IMG/VR virus record: IMGVR_UViG_3300021166_000052 | Location: 197,424-261,423 of that record | Length of the DNA: 64,000 nucleotides | DNA from: a virus | Taxonomy: Duplodnaviria > Heunggongvirae > Uroviricota > Caudoviricetes | Direction: 5' to 3' (one strand) | In this document: in pieces, positions 1 through 9,714 of the stretch | Layout: each line of letters begins with the position of its first letter | How positions within the stretch are numbered: position 1 is the stretch's first letter | Notes under the pieces: model-generated | What the model saw: only the letters and a program-made list of their open reading frames with translations | Database searches by the model: none | What the model was told of the DNA's origin: nothing | Position numbers and translations under genes: made by a program

Positions 1-26
1 ACAATTATAAAGGTGGCAATCAGAAA

Positions 27-359
27 ATGTCATCAATGTTGAAGTATATGTTGGCTGAAATTCAACGCAATCCAAATAAAGATTACTCAGATGAAACCGT
101 TATAGGTGTTATGTCTAAAGTAGTGAAAGATTTTGGTGATAATAAATATGTCAATTATTCTGATGAAGTGAAGTATATCGAAGATAATTTTCTACCAAAA
201 AAAGCTACTACTGATGAAATTTTAGCATTTTTACAAACAATTGATTTTTCAACTTTGAAAAATAGATTGATGGCGGTAGGGATGGTTACGAGTCATTTTC
301 CGAAAGGTACGGTTGATGGATCGGCTGTTAAGAATTTAATAATGATGCATTATAAATAA
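27..359 (+). CDS. hypothetical protein
   Basis: Complete 110-aa ORF ending in TAA, no in-frame TAG. No motif recognised. Confidence 0.45.
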   Translation: MSSMLKYMLAEIQRNPNKDYSDETVIGVMSKVVKDFGDNKYVNYSDEVKYIEDNFLPKKATTDEILAFLQTIDFSTLKNRLMAVGMVTSHFPKGTVDGSAVKNLIMMHYK

Positions 360-371
360 AGGTATTCTTAA

Positions 372-773
372 ATGGCATTATTTAATAAAATTTATACAGA
401 TGTAATTGCATCGTTTACACCCGATGATAATCGCATCAAATCGGTTTTAAATTTTTTGATTGTGAATTTGAAAAATACTCAGCCACAGTCAAATGATATC
501 CCCGATGAAGTTGTAGTTATTGAATTGAAAAAAATTATTGTTAACCTGAAAAATGATAAAAAGGTTAATAATTTAAATTTAATCAAAACTCTTTATAATA
601 AATATTTACAAAATTATATTACTAAAGATGATATTATTTTGTATTTGGATATGAGAGAGCCAGCCTCTAATGTTAAACAAATTATTAATCAAGTAGATTC
701 GTTTTTTAATAATTGTAAATTGGATAAAACTTTATTACATAATACGGTAGCCGTATATTGTAATAATAAATAA
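372..773 (+). CDS. hypothetical protein
   Basis: 133-aa ORF 12 nt downstream of the previous stop. No motif recognised. Confidence 0.45.
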   Translation: MALFNKIYTDVIASFTPDDNRIKSVLNFLIVNLKNTQPQSNDIPDEVVVIELKKIIVNLKNDKKVNNLNLIKTLYNKYLQNYITKDDIILYLDMREPASNVKQIINQVDSFFNNCKLDKTLLHNTVAVYCNNK

Positions 774-780
774 AATATAT

Positions 781-866
781 GCCGTTGTGGTGGAACAGGA
801 AATACACGTTGGGTTTAGACCCCAATCCTTAAATGGATGCTAGTTCGATTCTAGTCAGCGGCACCA
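781..866 (+). tRNA. tRNA-Leu (anticodon UAG, class II with long variable arm)
   Basis: Hand-folded cloverleaf. Acceptor gccgttg/cagcggc with one G-U pair. Anticodon stem ttggg/cccaa, loop tttagac giving anticodon UAG. Long variable arm, T-arm gctag-ttcgatt-ctagt, discriminator A and encoded CCA. Confidence 0.8.
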
Positions 867-942
867 TATATAAGACCATTTTATAATACAATATGTTAGT
901 TTTTTTAAATTAATATATTATATTATAGACTGGTCTTTTTTT

Positions 943-2034
943 ATGAGTAAATTAATCATTAATAATCCTAAAAATAACTTTAGTGCAATCATACCACCTA
1001 CAAATAAAGATGGTAGTTATAATGGTTATTCGCGTGGGAGCATGTGGATAAATATATTAACAGGGGTATGTTATTTATGTGTTAATGATATTTTAAATGG
1101 AGCTATTTAGAATCCACTAAGCACTGCTGATATTTCAGCGTTACTACAACGTTTAGATAATTTATCAATAGATTCTACTAATTTCGATTATAGACTTGAT
1201 ATTTTAGAAAATGATTCAACTGAATATGATAATAGATTAAATATTGTAGAAAGTTATGAAAATAGGATAACTATTTTAGAAGATGATTATACTACAACTG
1301 AAAATGATATTACGAGTTTATTTAATGTGATTGAATTAGATGAAAGTATAATTTCCAATCACGATGTGCGTATTATTAGTATAGAAAATTATGATACCAC
1401 TAATACTTCACATTTAAATATATTAACACAAAATATAACGGATTTACAGGATCGGTTATTAACAGACGAAACTAATTTAAAATTAGTTAATTTATTGGAT
1501 GTAGATTTATCAACTGTCCCTATTGATAGTCAAGTATTGAAATATGATTCGACTAATAATATATAGAAAGCTGGTGAAGCTGTTAATGCAGTAGCTGGGC
1601 TGGTTGATGTAGATTTATCTATACCTGCTTTAAATGATCAAGTACTAAAATATAATTCTATTAGCGATAAATAGTCACCACAAAATGTCATGAAGAGTGG
1701 ATCTATAACATTTAATATTACAAATGATATTACTATATTAATGAATAGTGTTAGATAGTATCCATTGGAAGAAATTTAGTTAACATCTGTTCAATGTTTG
1801 GTCAGTTCTCCTCCATTAGGAAATAATATAATTTTAGATATAAAAAGGAATAACGTTTCTATATTAGAGGGAAGGATATTAACAATTACACAATCAAATA
1901 ATATTGGTAATATATTATTATTCGATAATATTAATGTATTATCAACTGATTATATTACGGTCGAAATTAAACAAATAGGATCATCAATGCCGGGAAGTGA
2001 CTTATCGGTTAGATTAAAATATAATTTATATTAA
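943..2034 (+). CDS. tail-fibre-like repeat protein (TAG-recoded, 5 in-frame TAG)
   Basis: Single frame (start mod 3 = 1) runs continuously from ATG 943 to TAA 2032-2034. It is interrupted only by TAG at 1108, 1564, 1672, 1756 and 1777. Two copies of a DxDLSxxxxDxQxLKYxS(TAG)K repeat shared with gene 23604-24131. ORF-track fragments 1327..1566 and 1798..2034 are pieces of it. Confidence 0.6.
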
Positions 2035-2045
2035 AGGGAAAATAA

Positions 2046-4085
2046 ATGTCAGTAACACTTAATACAATAGGAGCCAACTCAAGACAATTAGTAATTACAG
2101 AGGAAGTTGGCCCTACAAATATAATTACCGCAATAAATACATCATTAACTGATCTGGGATAGACGCTGCATGACACTATAGTATCAGGTTCAAAGAATTG
2201 TTATACTTGTAAAGTATATGTTGCTCCAAATAATGATACAGCAACAGGTGGACCAACTTATAAATATTTAATATTAAGATTTGATGCACCTAAACAACAG
2301 TAGTATACTAGTTGTTCTGAAAATTAGAATAATACAACCCACGTAGCAACTAATGAATGTTTTACCAATGGTAGATCAATCCCATTACCATTACAGTATG
2401 ATAATTGTACATTATATATTTTTGCATCTAATAGATATGCTGCATTTTTAGGTAATGTTAATTCTGAATAGAGTGCATAGCAAGGTGTATTTGAATTTGA
2501 ACGGGAAGCCCCTGAAGATACCGCAACACTAGGATATCCGTGTTTTGGATGGACAACCTCTTTAAATATAGGCGAACCATAGGCAGGATCATTAGCAGCC
2601 GCAACTTCTACATATGGTCCTCTTCCATATGTTTTTTCTGTTCCAAGAACACGGACAGGGAATACTGGATTTGCCGCTATAACCGAATTTACAATACATA
2701 CTGCATTTGGAATGTATCCACCTAATAATAGTATATTTACATTATATGGTGTAACAGGTGGATTAACTGCTGTTGATAATAGTCATAATGGGCATTTAGG
2801 CGCATTTAATCATGGATATCGTTAGGATGGTGGTAAAAAAATAGCAAGTTCATTAAAATTGGGAGGATTTTCTATAGCATATCCAACCGGTAGAATATAT
2901 GGATTGACTGTAATTCCACCAACTGGGGCTGTATTAGATACAGTTGTTATTCCTTATGATGTTGATAAAAACTTTTTTAGTACAGATGGAACAAATGTCA
3001 ACACATTCATTTTACCAATCTCTGGTGGTTATTCAGACACTCCCTCAGTTGTTGCAAATGGATTAATTTCAACCGCATTTATTGGCGGTCCAGCTTATAC
3101 GGTTAATAAAGTAGAATTGATTAAAGGTAGAGTTGCATACATGGCAACATCTGGTGGTATTGTAAAACTTGATCTTGGTACTGGTGTATATACTACATTA
3201 AGTACCGCATCACTTCCTATTCAAGATGTTAAATATGATGGAGGATTGTATTTATATTTCTCTACAGCATCTGGTGTAACAAGACTGACAGTTGCTGATG
3301 ATACTTTAACTACGTTAGCATGTGGGACTGGTGGAACCTCCGCATTAGAAGTAGATGATGATTTTGTTTATGCATCACATAGAACTACTAGCACAACACC
3401 TAAGTTGGATATTATTAATAATACGACGTTTACAGTAGCTAGAACCTATACATCTACATATACAATGGCTATTGCACAGTCATAGAATGCATTATGTACT
3501 GCTGATTATGATGGATATGTATATGCGGCTATGCCAATATCAGCTAGTTCAAATATCAATGATTTACGATTGTTTAAAATATTAGGATCAGATGGATCAT
3601 CAACCAATACATTACCTACACAACGAACAGTGTCAAGTACTGGCGGTTTTATGTTTTAGGATGGGTCATTAATAATTTTATGTTATTCAGCGGCAGCAGT
3701 ATCAATTAATGGAATATTACCGACTACACTAGCCGATGGTATAGTTCCTGTCAATTTTGCAGCTACATCACCTTATACTAGAACCGGTTATTTAAATTGT
3801 GTATATCCATTTAAAGGTTATTATATTATACCAATACCAACTGCAACAAAGGTTGCATCTTTTTATAATAGATTAAATCAGCTCAACACAACTGCATTTG
3901 CTACATTTGGGGCAACGAATAATTATATGACAATTTCAACTATTGGGATACCTACGGCAGGAGCTACTGATTGTTGTTCTATGATAGTGGGAGGGGCATG
4001 TAATTCATTTTATAAAATAAGCAACACCCATAATATTTATAATAATGCAGGACAGCCTACATCAAATATATTAATACCCGCATAA
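2046..4085 (+). CDS. large virion/tail structural protein (TAG-recoded, 9 in-frame TAG)
   Basis: Codon-by-codon check of frame 0 from ATG 2046 to TAA 4083-4085. The only interruptions are TAG at 2160, 2301, 2325, 2469, 2478, 2580, 2823, 3483 and 3657. Gly/Thr/Ser/Asn-rich like receptor-binding proteins. Only one TGG in 680 codons. Confidence 0.6.
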
Positions 4086-4089
4086 ACTA

Positions 4090-4560
4090 ATGGCAGAATA
4101 GACCCCCGATTTTACACCGGAAACGTTTTTTAATCACAACTATGCCTATGAATATCCAATTATGTTGGGTACATAGGCAAGTTGCGAGTTTCAAAGACAA
4201 TTGAATTTTACTATTATGCGTTTTTTTATACAATCCCAGATTATATTTAAACAAGATGTGTATAAATATCCTAACGTGATTGGTATGTGGAACAATACAA
4301 AATTTATACCAACAAATGCTTATAAGTATCCAAATTTAAAAGGATTATATACAACGTTGATATTCAATGTAAATCGGTCATTTACATAGTTGAATATAAT
4401 TAAATATGGATTAGCTATAAATTCATATACGTAGGAAATAACTCCCCCAAATGATAATTATTCTAAATGTTTAGCAACCGACTAGAGAGTTTAGAAACAA
4501 ATGTCAACTACCAACCAAACACAAACGATAACAAAATCATCGAATCAATATTAGGCATAA
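4090..4560 (+). CDS. hypothetical small protein (TAG-recoded, 7 in-frame TAG)
   Basis: ATG 4090 lies just after the upstream TAA. A single frame runs to TAA 4558-4560 with 7 TAG. Contains ORF-track fragment 4201..4389. Confidence 0.4.
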
Positions 4561-4583
4561 TAAAAATATATTGACATATACTT

Positions 4584-4626
4584 AAAAAGTGTTATATTAA
4601 CAGTATAACACTTTTTATATTTTATC
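4584..4626 (+). terminator. intrinsic terminator hairpin (13-bp stem aaaaagtgttata/tataacacttttt) followed by T-rich tract
   Basis: Perfect inverted repeat with a 7-nt loop and a downstream U-run, at the end of the late module. Confidence 0.5.
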
Positions 4627-4634
4627 ATATTTAC

Positions 4635-4663
4635 TTGCATTAAATTACTCGATAGTATATAAT
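4635..4663 (+). promoter_or_regulatory. sigma70-like promoter TTGCAT-17-TATAAT
   Basis: -35 at 4635-4640 and perfect -10 at 4658-4663 with a 17-nt spacer. Sits about 50 nt upstream of gene 4713, which has a GGAG RBS. Confidence 0.45.
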
Positions 4664-4712
4664 GACTCTTTAGTATAGAAAAGTATTATTTTAAAAACCG
4701 GAGCATATAATC

Positions 4713-5198
4713 ATGAAAACCGAAGATAAATTTTTATTACATTTACTTGAAACCGCTATACGCATTGCTGTAACTGCTCATGCTGGGGTAATGGATAAAG
4801 CGGGTGTACCGTATATATTACACCCTCTCCGTATCATGGGTGGAGCCAAGGCACTTAAAGAGAAAATAGTTGGTGTTCTTCATGATACCATCGAAGATAC
4901 TGATGAAAACAGTTTATTAAATGTAACATTTGAATATCTTAGGGAAGAAGGGTTTCCTGATGATATCATTGAGGCGCTTGATTCCGTTACCCATCGTAAA
5001 GGTGAACCTTATGCAGATTATATACAACGTGCAAAGAAAAATATAATCGGTAGAAAGGTGAAAATACTTGACTTACGTGATAATTCTGATATATTCAGAT
5101 TACATTCGGTTGAGGAAAAGCATCTTAAACAAATGAAACGATATCATGCCGCAATGCTTGAATTGCGAAAGGATGGTAAAGTTTACATAACGAGGTGA
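4713..5198 (+). CDS. small alarmone hydrolase, RelA/SpoT-type HD domain ((p)ppGpp hydrolase)
   Basis: HD-domain motifs H...HD (LHDTIEDT) typical of SpoT/Mesh1 hydrolases. 161 aa, so a single-domain protein. Confidence 0.6.
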   Translation: MKTEDKFLLHLLETAIRIAVTAHAGVMDKAGVPYILHPLRIMGGAKALKEKIVGVLHDTIEDTDENSLLNVTFEYLREEGFPDDIIEALDSVTHRKGEPYADYIQRAKKNIIGRKVKILDLRDNSDIFRLHSVEEKHLKQMKRYHAAMLELRKDGKVYITR

Positions 5199-5199
5199 C

Positions 5200-5385
5200 A
5201 TGGAAATAGCAGATATTAAAATAAATAACAGTTATAGAGTAGTCTGTGGGTTTGATGAACGTTTTATGAACGATACAGTTGTTACTGTTATGGAAATCAG
5301 AGAAAGTGATTTACCATTCGTTTATTGTTACGGCTCACGGGGTGGATCAGCTTATATTAACATAAATAATTTAAAAAAAAAATAA
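5200..5385 (+). CDS. hypothetical small protein
   Basis: 61-aa ORF immediately after gene 4713. Confidence 0.3.
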   Translation: MEIADIKINNSYRVVCGFDERFMNDTVVTVMEIRESDLPFVYCYGSRGGSAYININNLKKK

Positions 5386-5464
5386 AATTGTAATTAACAC
5401 AATTTAGTGTTATACAAAATAAAAAGTCAACGATAATCAATAACTAATTGATGGAGACTAAACA

Positions 5465-5899
5465 ATGGAAGGATTGCGATACGTTTATTTTGGTGATGTA
5501 ATTGGAAAGCCTGATCATAAGGGCGTAGCTACAATCGGATATGCATATGATCCGGTTGATAAAAAAATGAAATATTCAGTTGCCTTCTGTAATCAGAAGG
5601 ATCGGTTTTTGAAATCCGAAGCACATAAACGCATCATTGCTCGGATGGAAGGTGGTGCAGTGTTTGTTGCGGGGTTTGATATTATTGATGATGTTGCCCC
5701 AAAGTATGAAGATACTATTAAGGACATCATTGACCAGTTTCAGGATTGCTTGACCCGGCCCATCATGGTTAAAGTGAAGGATAAGAAAACCCGTAAATAT
5801 CTCAGAAAACCAAACGGTGACTTTGTGATGGAAAAGGCGTATTTCTTTTGTAAGATTCGTGTTCCAAGCTGGGCCAAAAATATTATTAAACCGCGCTGA
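5465..5899 (+). CDS. hypothetical protein
   Basis: 144-aa ORF. The antisense ORF 5576..5929 is judged spurious. Confidence 0.45.
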   Translation: MEGLRYVYFGDVIGKPDHKGVATIGYAYDPVDKKMKYSVAFCNQKDRFLKSEAHKRIIARMEGGAVFVAGFDIIDDVAPKYEDTIKDIIDQFQDCLTRPIMVKVKDKKTRKYLRKPNGDFVMEKAYFFCKIRVPSWAKNIIKPR

Positions 5900-5955
5900 T
5901 AATATTTTTTTAACTTGTAAAATATCCACTGATGTGCTATTAAGTTAGTATATCG

Positions 5956-6918
5956 GTGGATATTTTTTTATATAGAGGACAAACTATTATGAATAATAAA
6001 TATAATGTTATAATTAGGGATGTTGGTGTATGTGGAATGAGGATTCAGATCGATGATCTTCACGATGCTCATATTGAACTAATTAACATAATGTTGGAAA
6101 CTCATAAACGGCTTATTATTGTACTAGGGGTGCGGCCTATTATATTTACTGCAAAAAATGCATTAACATTTCAAATGAGAAAACAGGCATTTTTTGAAGT
6201 GTTTGGAAATTATAAACATCGTATTACTTTATTATATATAAACGATGTAAGAGATGATCACATATGGTCAAATAATTTTGATAATCTTATCAAAAACAAT
6301 ATTAAGGAAAACGAAACTGTTAGATGTTGCGGAGGGAGGGATTCATTTTTAAATTATTATCATAATAATATTTATGAAAAATGGGTCATTACTGATTTTA
6401 CTCAGTCAGAATTCATTTCTGCAACTGCTAAACGGAATGAGATTGCTAAAACTACAATATTTGATTCTTCATTTAGGCGGGGTGTTATTTATTCCGCATT
6501 AAATTTACCGGGACAATGTGTGCCTTCAATTGATGTAGCAATATATGATCATTATGGTAATATATTAATGGGGCAACGGGTCGATGAATTATCATATCGT
6601 TTTATTGGGGGATGGGTTCAACCGAGAGAAACGTTTGAAATGGCGTGTAATCGAATTGTAAAAACCAAATGTGGAATCGCTATTGATAATTTACAACCAA
6701 TACGTAGTTTTTGTAATTTTGATTGGAAATTTAAAGGTGAACGAGATGATTTGACAACCATGTTATATACTGCATATATAACAGAAGGTACACCTGAACC
6801 ACTGGGAAATCTTAAATATCTACGATGGGTTTCGATTGTTGATATACTGAATGTGGTCGATTCAGAACATTTGGAATTGGCAAAATCTATTTACGAGTTA
6901 CATAATGCATCAAACTAA
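5956..6918 (+). CDS. NMN adenylyltransferase-like / Nudix-fold bifunctional protein (NatV/NadM-like)
   Basis: N-terminal cytidylyltransferase-like segment (G.R.Q....HDAH). C-terminal Nudix-like box GGWVQPRETFEMACNRIV, which is degenerate. Size and architecture match phage NatV, and it sits adjacent to Nampt. Confidence 0.5.
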   Translation: MDIFLYRGQTIMNNKYNVIIRDVGVCGMRIQIDDLHDAHIELINIMLETHKRLIIVLGVRPIIFTAKNALTFQMRKQAFFEVFGNYKHRITLLYINDVRDDHIWSNNFDNLIKNNIKENETVRCCGGRDSFLNYYHNNIYEKWVITDFTQSEFISATAKRNEIAKTTIFDSSFRRGVIYSALNLPGQCVPSIDVAIYDHYGNILMGQRVDELSYRFIGGWVQPRETFEMACNRIVKTKCGIAIDNLQPIRSFCNFDWKFKGERDDLTTMLYTAYITEGTPEPLGNLKYLRWVSIVDILNVVDSEHLELAKSIYELHNASN

Positions 6919-7159
6919 ATTAGGATCATTAATAGAGTCATCCACTAACGTAATCATAGGATATTTTATTGGTGTATTAACACAAATGTTATTATTTCCA
7001 TATTTCGGATTACATGTAACAATTGGCCAAAACATGTTGTTGTGTTTTTTATTTACAACAGTTAGTTTAATTCGAAATTATATAATCAGAAGATGGTTTA
7101 ATAATAGGTTGCATTTGTTTTCAGAAAAGATTAATATGATGGTACATGAAGTAAAATAA
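6905..7159 (+). CDS. small membrane protein (two predicted TM helices)
   Basis: In-frame ATG 6905 overlaps the end of the previous gene. Hydrophobic helices VIIGYFIGVLTQMLLFPYF and LLCFLFTTVSLI. Confidence 0.35.
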   Translation: MHQTKLGSLIESSTNVIIGYFIGVLTQMLLFPYFGLHVTIGQNMLLCFLFTTVSLIRNYIIRRWFNNRLHLFSEKINMMVHEVK

Positions 7160-7184
7160 ACCTTAGATAAAAAAATTAAACAAG

Positions 7185-8624
7185 GTGAATACAATGGAAC
7201 AAGATATGAGAAGTTTGGTAGAAGAATTTAATGTTATGACTGCAACCGATAGCTATAAACTCGGACGCGACCGCATGTTCTCTGAAGGGACCGAAAGTGT
7301 ATCCTCTTATTTTGAAGCTAGAGATGGTGCAAAATTTCAATATAATGTATTTTGTACACTCCAATATTTGTGTATGAAATATCTCTGTGGTAAGCAAGTC
7401 ACGAAAGCTAAAATCGATTGGGCTGAATATCTTTCTGAACTTCACCTCGGTCAGAAGGGCGCATTTGATCGATCCGGTTGGGATTACATCCTTCAAAAAT
7501 ACGATGGCCGGTTGCCTATTGAAATCTGTGCAGTTGCCGAAGGAACCCCTGTTCCAACTGGTAATGTTATGATGCAGATCAGAAATACCGATCCCAAAGT
7601 ACCAGTGTTATCAAATGCGATTGAGTCGATGATTACCCATGTTTGGGCAGGAACTACCGGAGCAAGTTTATCAAGGTATATCAAACAGATGCAAAAACGA
7701 TTTCTTGATATTTGTTGCGATACCCCCGATGAAGTTCTTCCTTTTATGCTGCATGATTTTGGTTATCGAGGGTCGTCAAGCCATGAATCTGCCAGACAAG
7801 TAGGCGCTGGTCACTTGCTCAATTTTTTAGGAACTGATACAGTACCAGCGATGGAATTGCTCATTCAATATTATGGAGCGTCTATTGATAGAGCGACTTT
7901 CAATGCAGGGTTTTCTATTTTTGCAACAGAACATCTTATCATGACTCAAAAAGGTGAAGCTGGTGAATTTGATGTAGTTGAAGAATTGTTGAATAAATAT
8001 CCCACTGGCAACCTTGCGATGGTAATTGATAGTTATAACTGGAAACGTTTTATTGAAACCATGGGAACACCTCGTTTCAAAGACCGTATATTGAACCGGG
8101 ATGGTAAGATTATTTTTCGGCCAGATTCAGGAAAGCCAGTTCCCACATCATTTGGTGTATGGAAAGGGCTTGCTAATATTTTTGGGTATGATACAAATAA
8201 TAAACGATATGATGTATTGAATCCAAAGGTTAGTACAATTTGGGGCGATGGTATTGATGAAGTCGAAGGTGAATCCATCTACCAAAACTTTATTGATAAT
8301 AAAATCTCGATTGAAAACTGTCCACTTGGTATGGGTGGCAATCTACATCAGAAAATCAATCGTGATACACAAAGGAACGCCTTTAAAGGTTCGTTTGTTC
8401 AACGTAATGGTGTTGGTTATGATATCTTTAAAGACCCCATTGATGGTAGTAAAAAATCTAAAAAGGGTAGGCTTGCTTTGATTAAAGATGCGGCGGGTAA
8501 TTTCCAAACCCTTCAGGGTGTGACCGGTCCAGTTGAGGGTGATCTTCTAATCCCAGTATTCCGTAATGGTGAGATGTTGAAAACATATACCCTTAATGAA
8601 ATGAGAGCAAACGCTGCATTATAA
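7185..8624 (+). CDS. nadV: nicotinamide phosphoribosyltransferase (Nampt / NadV)
   Basis: 479 aa. N-terminal TDSYK motif and overall Nampt-like length and composition. No in-frame TAG and six TGG Trp codons. Confidence 0.75.
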   Translation: MNTMEQDMRSLVEEFNVMTATDSYKLGRDRMFSEGTESVSSYFEARDGAKFQYNVFCTLQYLCMKYLCGKQVTKAKIDWAEYLSELHLGQKGAFDRSGWDYILQKYDGRLPIEICAVAEGTPVPTGNVMMQIRNTDPKVPVLSNAIESMITHVWAGTTGASLSRYIKQMQKRFLDICCDTPDEVLPFMLHDFGYRGSSSHESARQVGAGHLLNFLGTDTVPAMELLIQYYGASIDRATFNAGFSIFATEHLIMTQKGEAGEFDVVEELLNKYPTGNLAMVIDSYNWKRFIETMGTPRFKDRILNRDGKIIFRPDSGKPVPTSFGVWKGLANIFGYDTNNKRYDVLNPKVSTIWGDGIDEVEGESIYQNFIDNKISIENCPLGMGGNLHQKINRDTQRNAFKGSFVQRNGVGYDIFKDPIDGSKKSKKGRLALIKDAAGNFQTLQGVTGPVEGDLLIPVFRNGEMLKTYTLNEMRANAAL

Positions 8625-8627
8625 TTG

Positions 8628-8686
8628 TTGACATATTGTTAATTATTAGGTATAGTCTGGGTTATTAAATTAGCTCAGACTATACC
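8628..8686 (+). promoter_or_regulatory. promoter TTGACA-17-TATAGT overlapped by an 11-bp inverted repeat (ggtatagtctg...cagactatacc)
   Basis: -35 at 8628-8633, -10 at 8651-8656. Inverted-repeat arms at 8649-8659 and 8676-8686 bracket the -10 and +1 region. Followed by an AAGGAG RBS and ATG 8708. Confidence 0.4.
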
Positions 8687-8707
8687 TATTTTAAAGGAGA
8701 TAAATAA

Positions 8708-9067
8708 ATGTTAATTAGATCAGTTGCTATTGTTTTAGGCGATAATGATTTTGGCCAGACATTTCATAATTTATTAGAAACTATTTTACGTGTTATCGTG
8801 AATGATCCTATTATTAGTGAATATAGTATAGAAAAAATTATTAAAGAGGGCCTACGCTTTCACTACATTGCTTTTCAAAATAAATATGATCCATATTATG
8901 GGAATGGAGTGGATTCATTTAAAAAACATTTTGATCATATTGAAAATTATTTATCATCAATTCGCATTTATTTTAATGATGATGCCGAGCGAGAGTTTGA
9001 AAACGGGGATCATGATGGCGGAGCATGGATTTTATGTATACAAGATGGTTCGATTACATCATTTTAA
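8708..9067 (+). CDS. hypothetical protein
   Basis: 119-aa ORF with a strong RBS. Confidence 0.45.
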   Translation: MLIRSVAIVLGDNDFGQTFHNLLETILRVIVNDPIISEYSIEKIIKEGLRFHYIAFQNKYDPYYGNGVDSFKKHFDHIENYLSSIRIYFNDDAEREFENGDHDGGAWILCIQDGSITSF

Positions 9068-9092
9068 TGAAATAATAATGAAAGTGTGAAAA

Positions 9093-9614
9093 ATGATTAC
9101 ATTAGCAACAACATGTGGTATCTTTATTATAAATAAATTCAAACAAATACTTACATGTCATCCAACGGGTCATCATCCATTGCAATTGGATATACCAAAA
9201 GGATGTTTAGATCGAGGAGAAACTGTGTCTCAATGTGTTGTTAGAGAACTGTTAGAAGAAACTGGGATTGATTATTATACATTACAGCGGCCATTAATAG
9301 ATATTAGTGCGATACATGGGACATTTATATATAAGCATAAGAAAAAACAATTATATACATTTATGTTACAACTAAATGACACAATAGATGTAACTACCTT
9401 GAAATGTACAAGTATGGTTACGAGTGTACCCATTCCATTTCCAGAAGTAGATTCTTTTGCATGGATAGAATATAACGAAAGAGAGTTGCTACATGAATCT
9501 CAGCAACGTGCCATAGAAGTAATTAATGATCAATATAATATATTTGATTTACATTCATCCAAAGATGAAAATACTCAATATATAACAATTTCTAAAAGTA
9601 ATAATTATGGTTAA
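9093..9614 (+). CDS. Nudix hydrolase
   Basis: Canonical Nudix box GCLDRGETVSQCVVRELLEETGI (G-x5-E-x7-REUxEExGU). Confidence 0.7.
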   Translation: MITLATTCGIFIINKFKQILTCHPTGHHPLQLDIPKGCLDRGETVSQCVVRELLEETGIDYYTLQRPLIDISAIHGTFIYKHKKKQLYTFMLQLNDTIDVTTLKCTSMVTSVPIPFPEVDSFAWIEYNERELLHESQQRAIEVINDQYNIFDLHSSKDENTQYITISKSNNYG

Positions 9615-9642
9615 ATAAAAAATAATAATATTTCAAATATAT

Positions 9643-9676
9643 AGCCAGCACTTAATAGTGCTGGCTATTTTTTTTG
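9643..9676 (+). terminator. rho-independent terminator (agccagcac / gtgctggct stem plus T9)
   Basis: 9-bp GC-containing stem, 6-nt loop and a T-run directly after the Nudix gene. Confidence 0.6.
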
Positions 9677-9714
9677 TAATTAATTAATAAAAGTCAATAG
9701 TATAGGGACATTTA

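Noticed and set aside
781-866. tRNA at 781-866 as the amber suppressor
   Set aside because: Its anticodon loop is tttagac, so the anticodon is UAG and it reads CUA (Leu), not UAG. The long variable arm fits tRNA-Leu.
2540-2725. 61-aa + strand ORF inside gene 2046-4085 (other frame), and similar nested short ORFs
   Set aside because: Similar nested ORFs are 6851 upstream part, 7387-7572, 8248-8481, 8868-9089, 26505-26693, 29580-29786, 32765-32989, 36257-36481, 38149-38427, 44435-44632, 49097-49501 and 58620-58856. They are alternative-frame ORFs inside longer, motif-supported genes or promoter regions, so likely spurious.
5576-5929. Minus-strand ORFs antisense to + strand genes
   Set aside because: These include 5576-5929, 7176-7496, 7493-7684, 8033-8278, 14196-14675, 19371-19565, 22917-23171, 23872-24237, 24352-24636, 26683-26947, 32320-32556, 32792-33055, 33818-34105, 35382-36143 cluster, 43185-43621, 45056-45755, 46863-47081, 48306-48545, 49471-49767, 50383-50628, 53269-53463, 54036-54284, 55820-56115, 56417-56605 and 57316-57522. 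All overlap well-supported + strand genes with motifs or RBSs, and genome organisation is uniformly + stranded.
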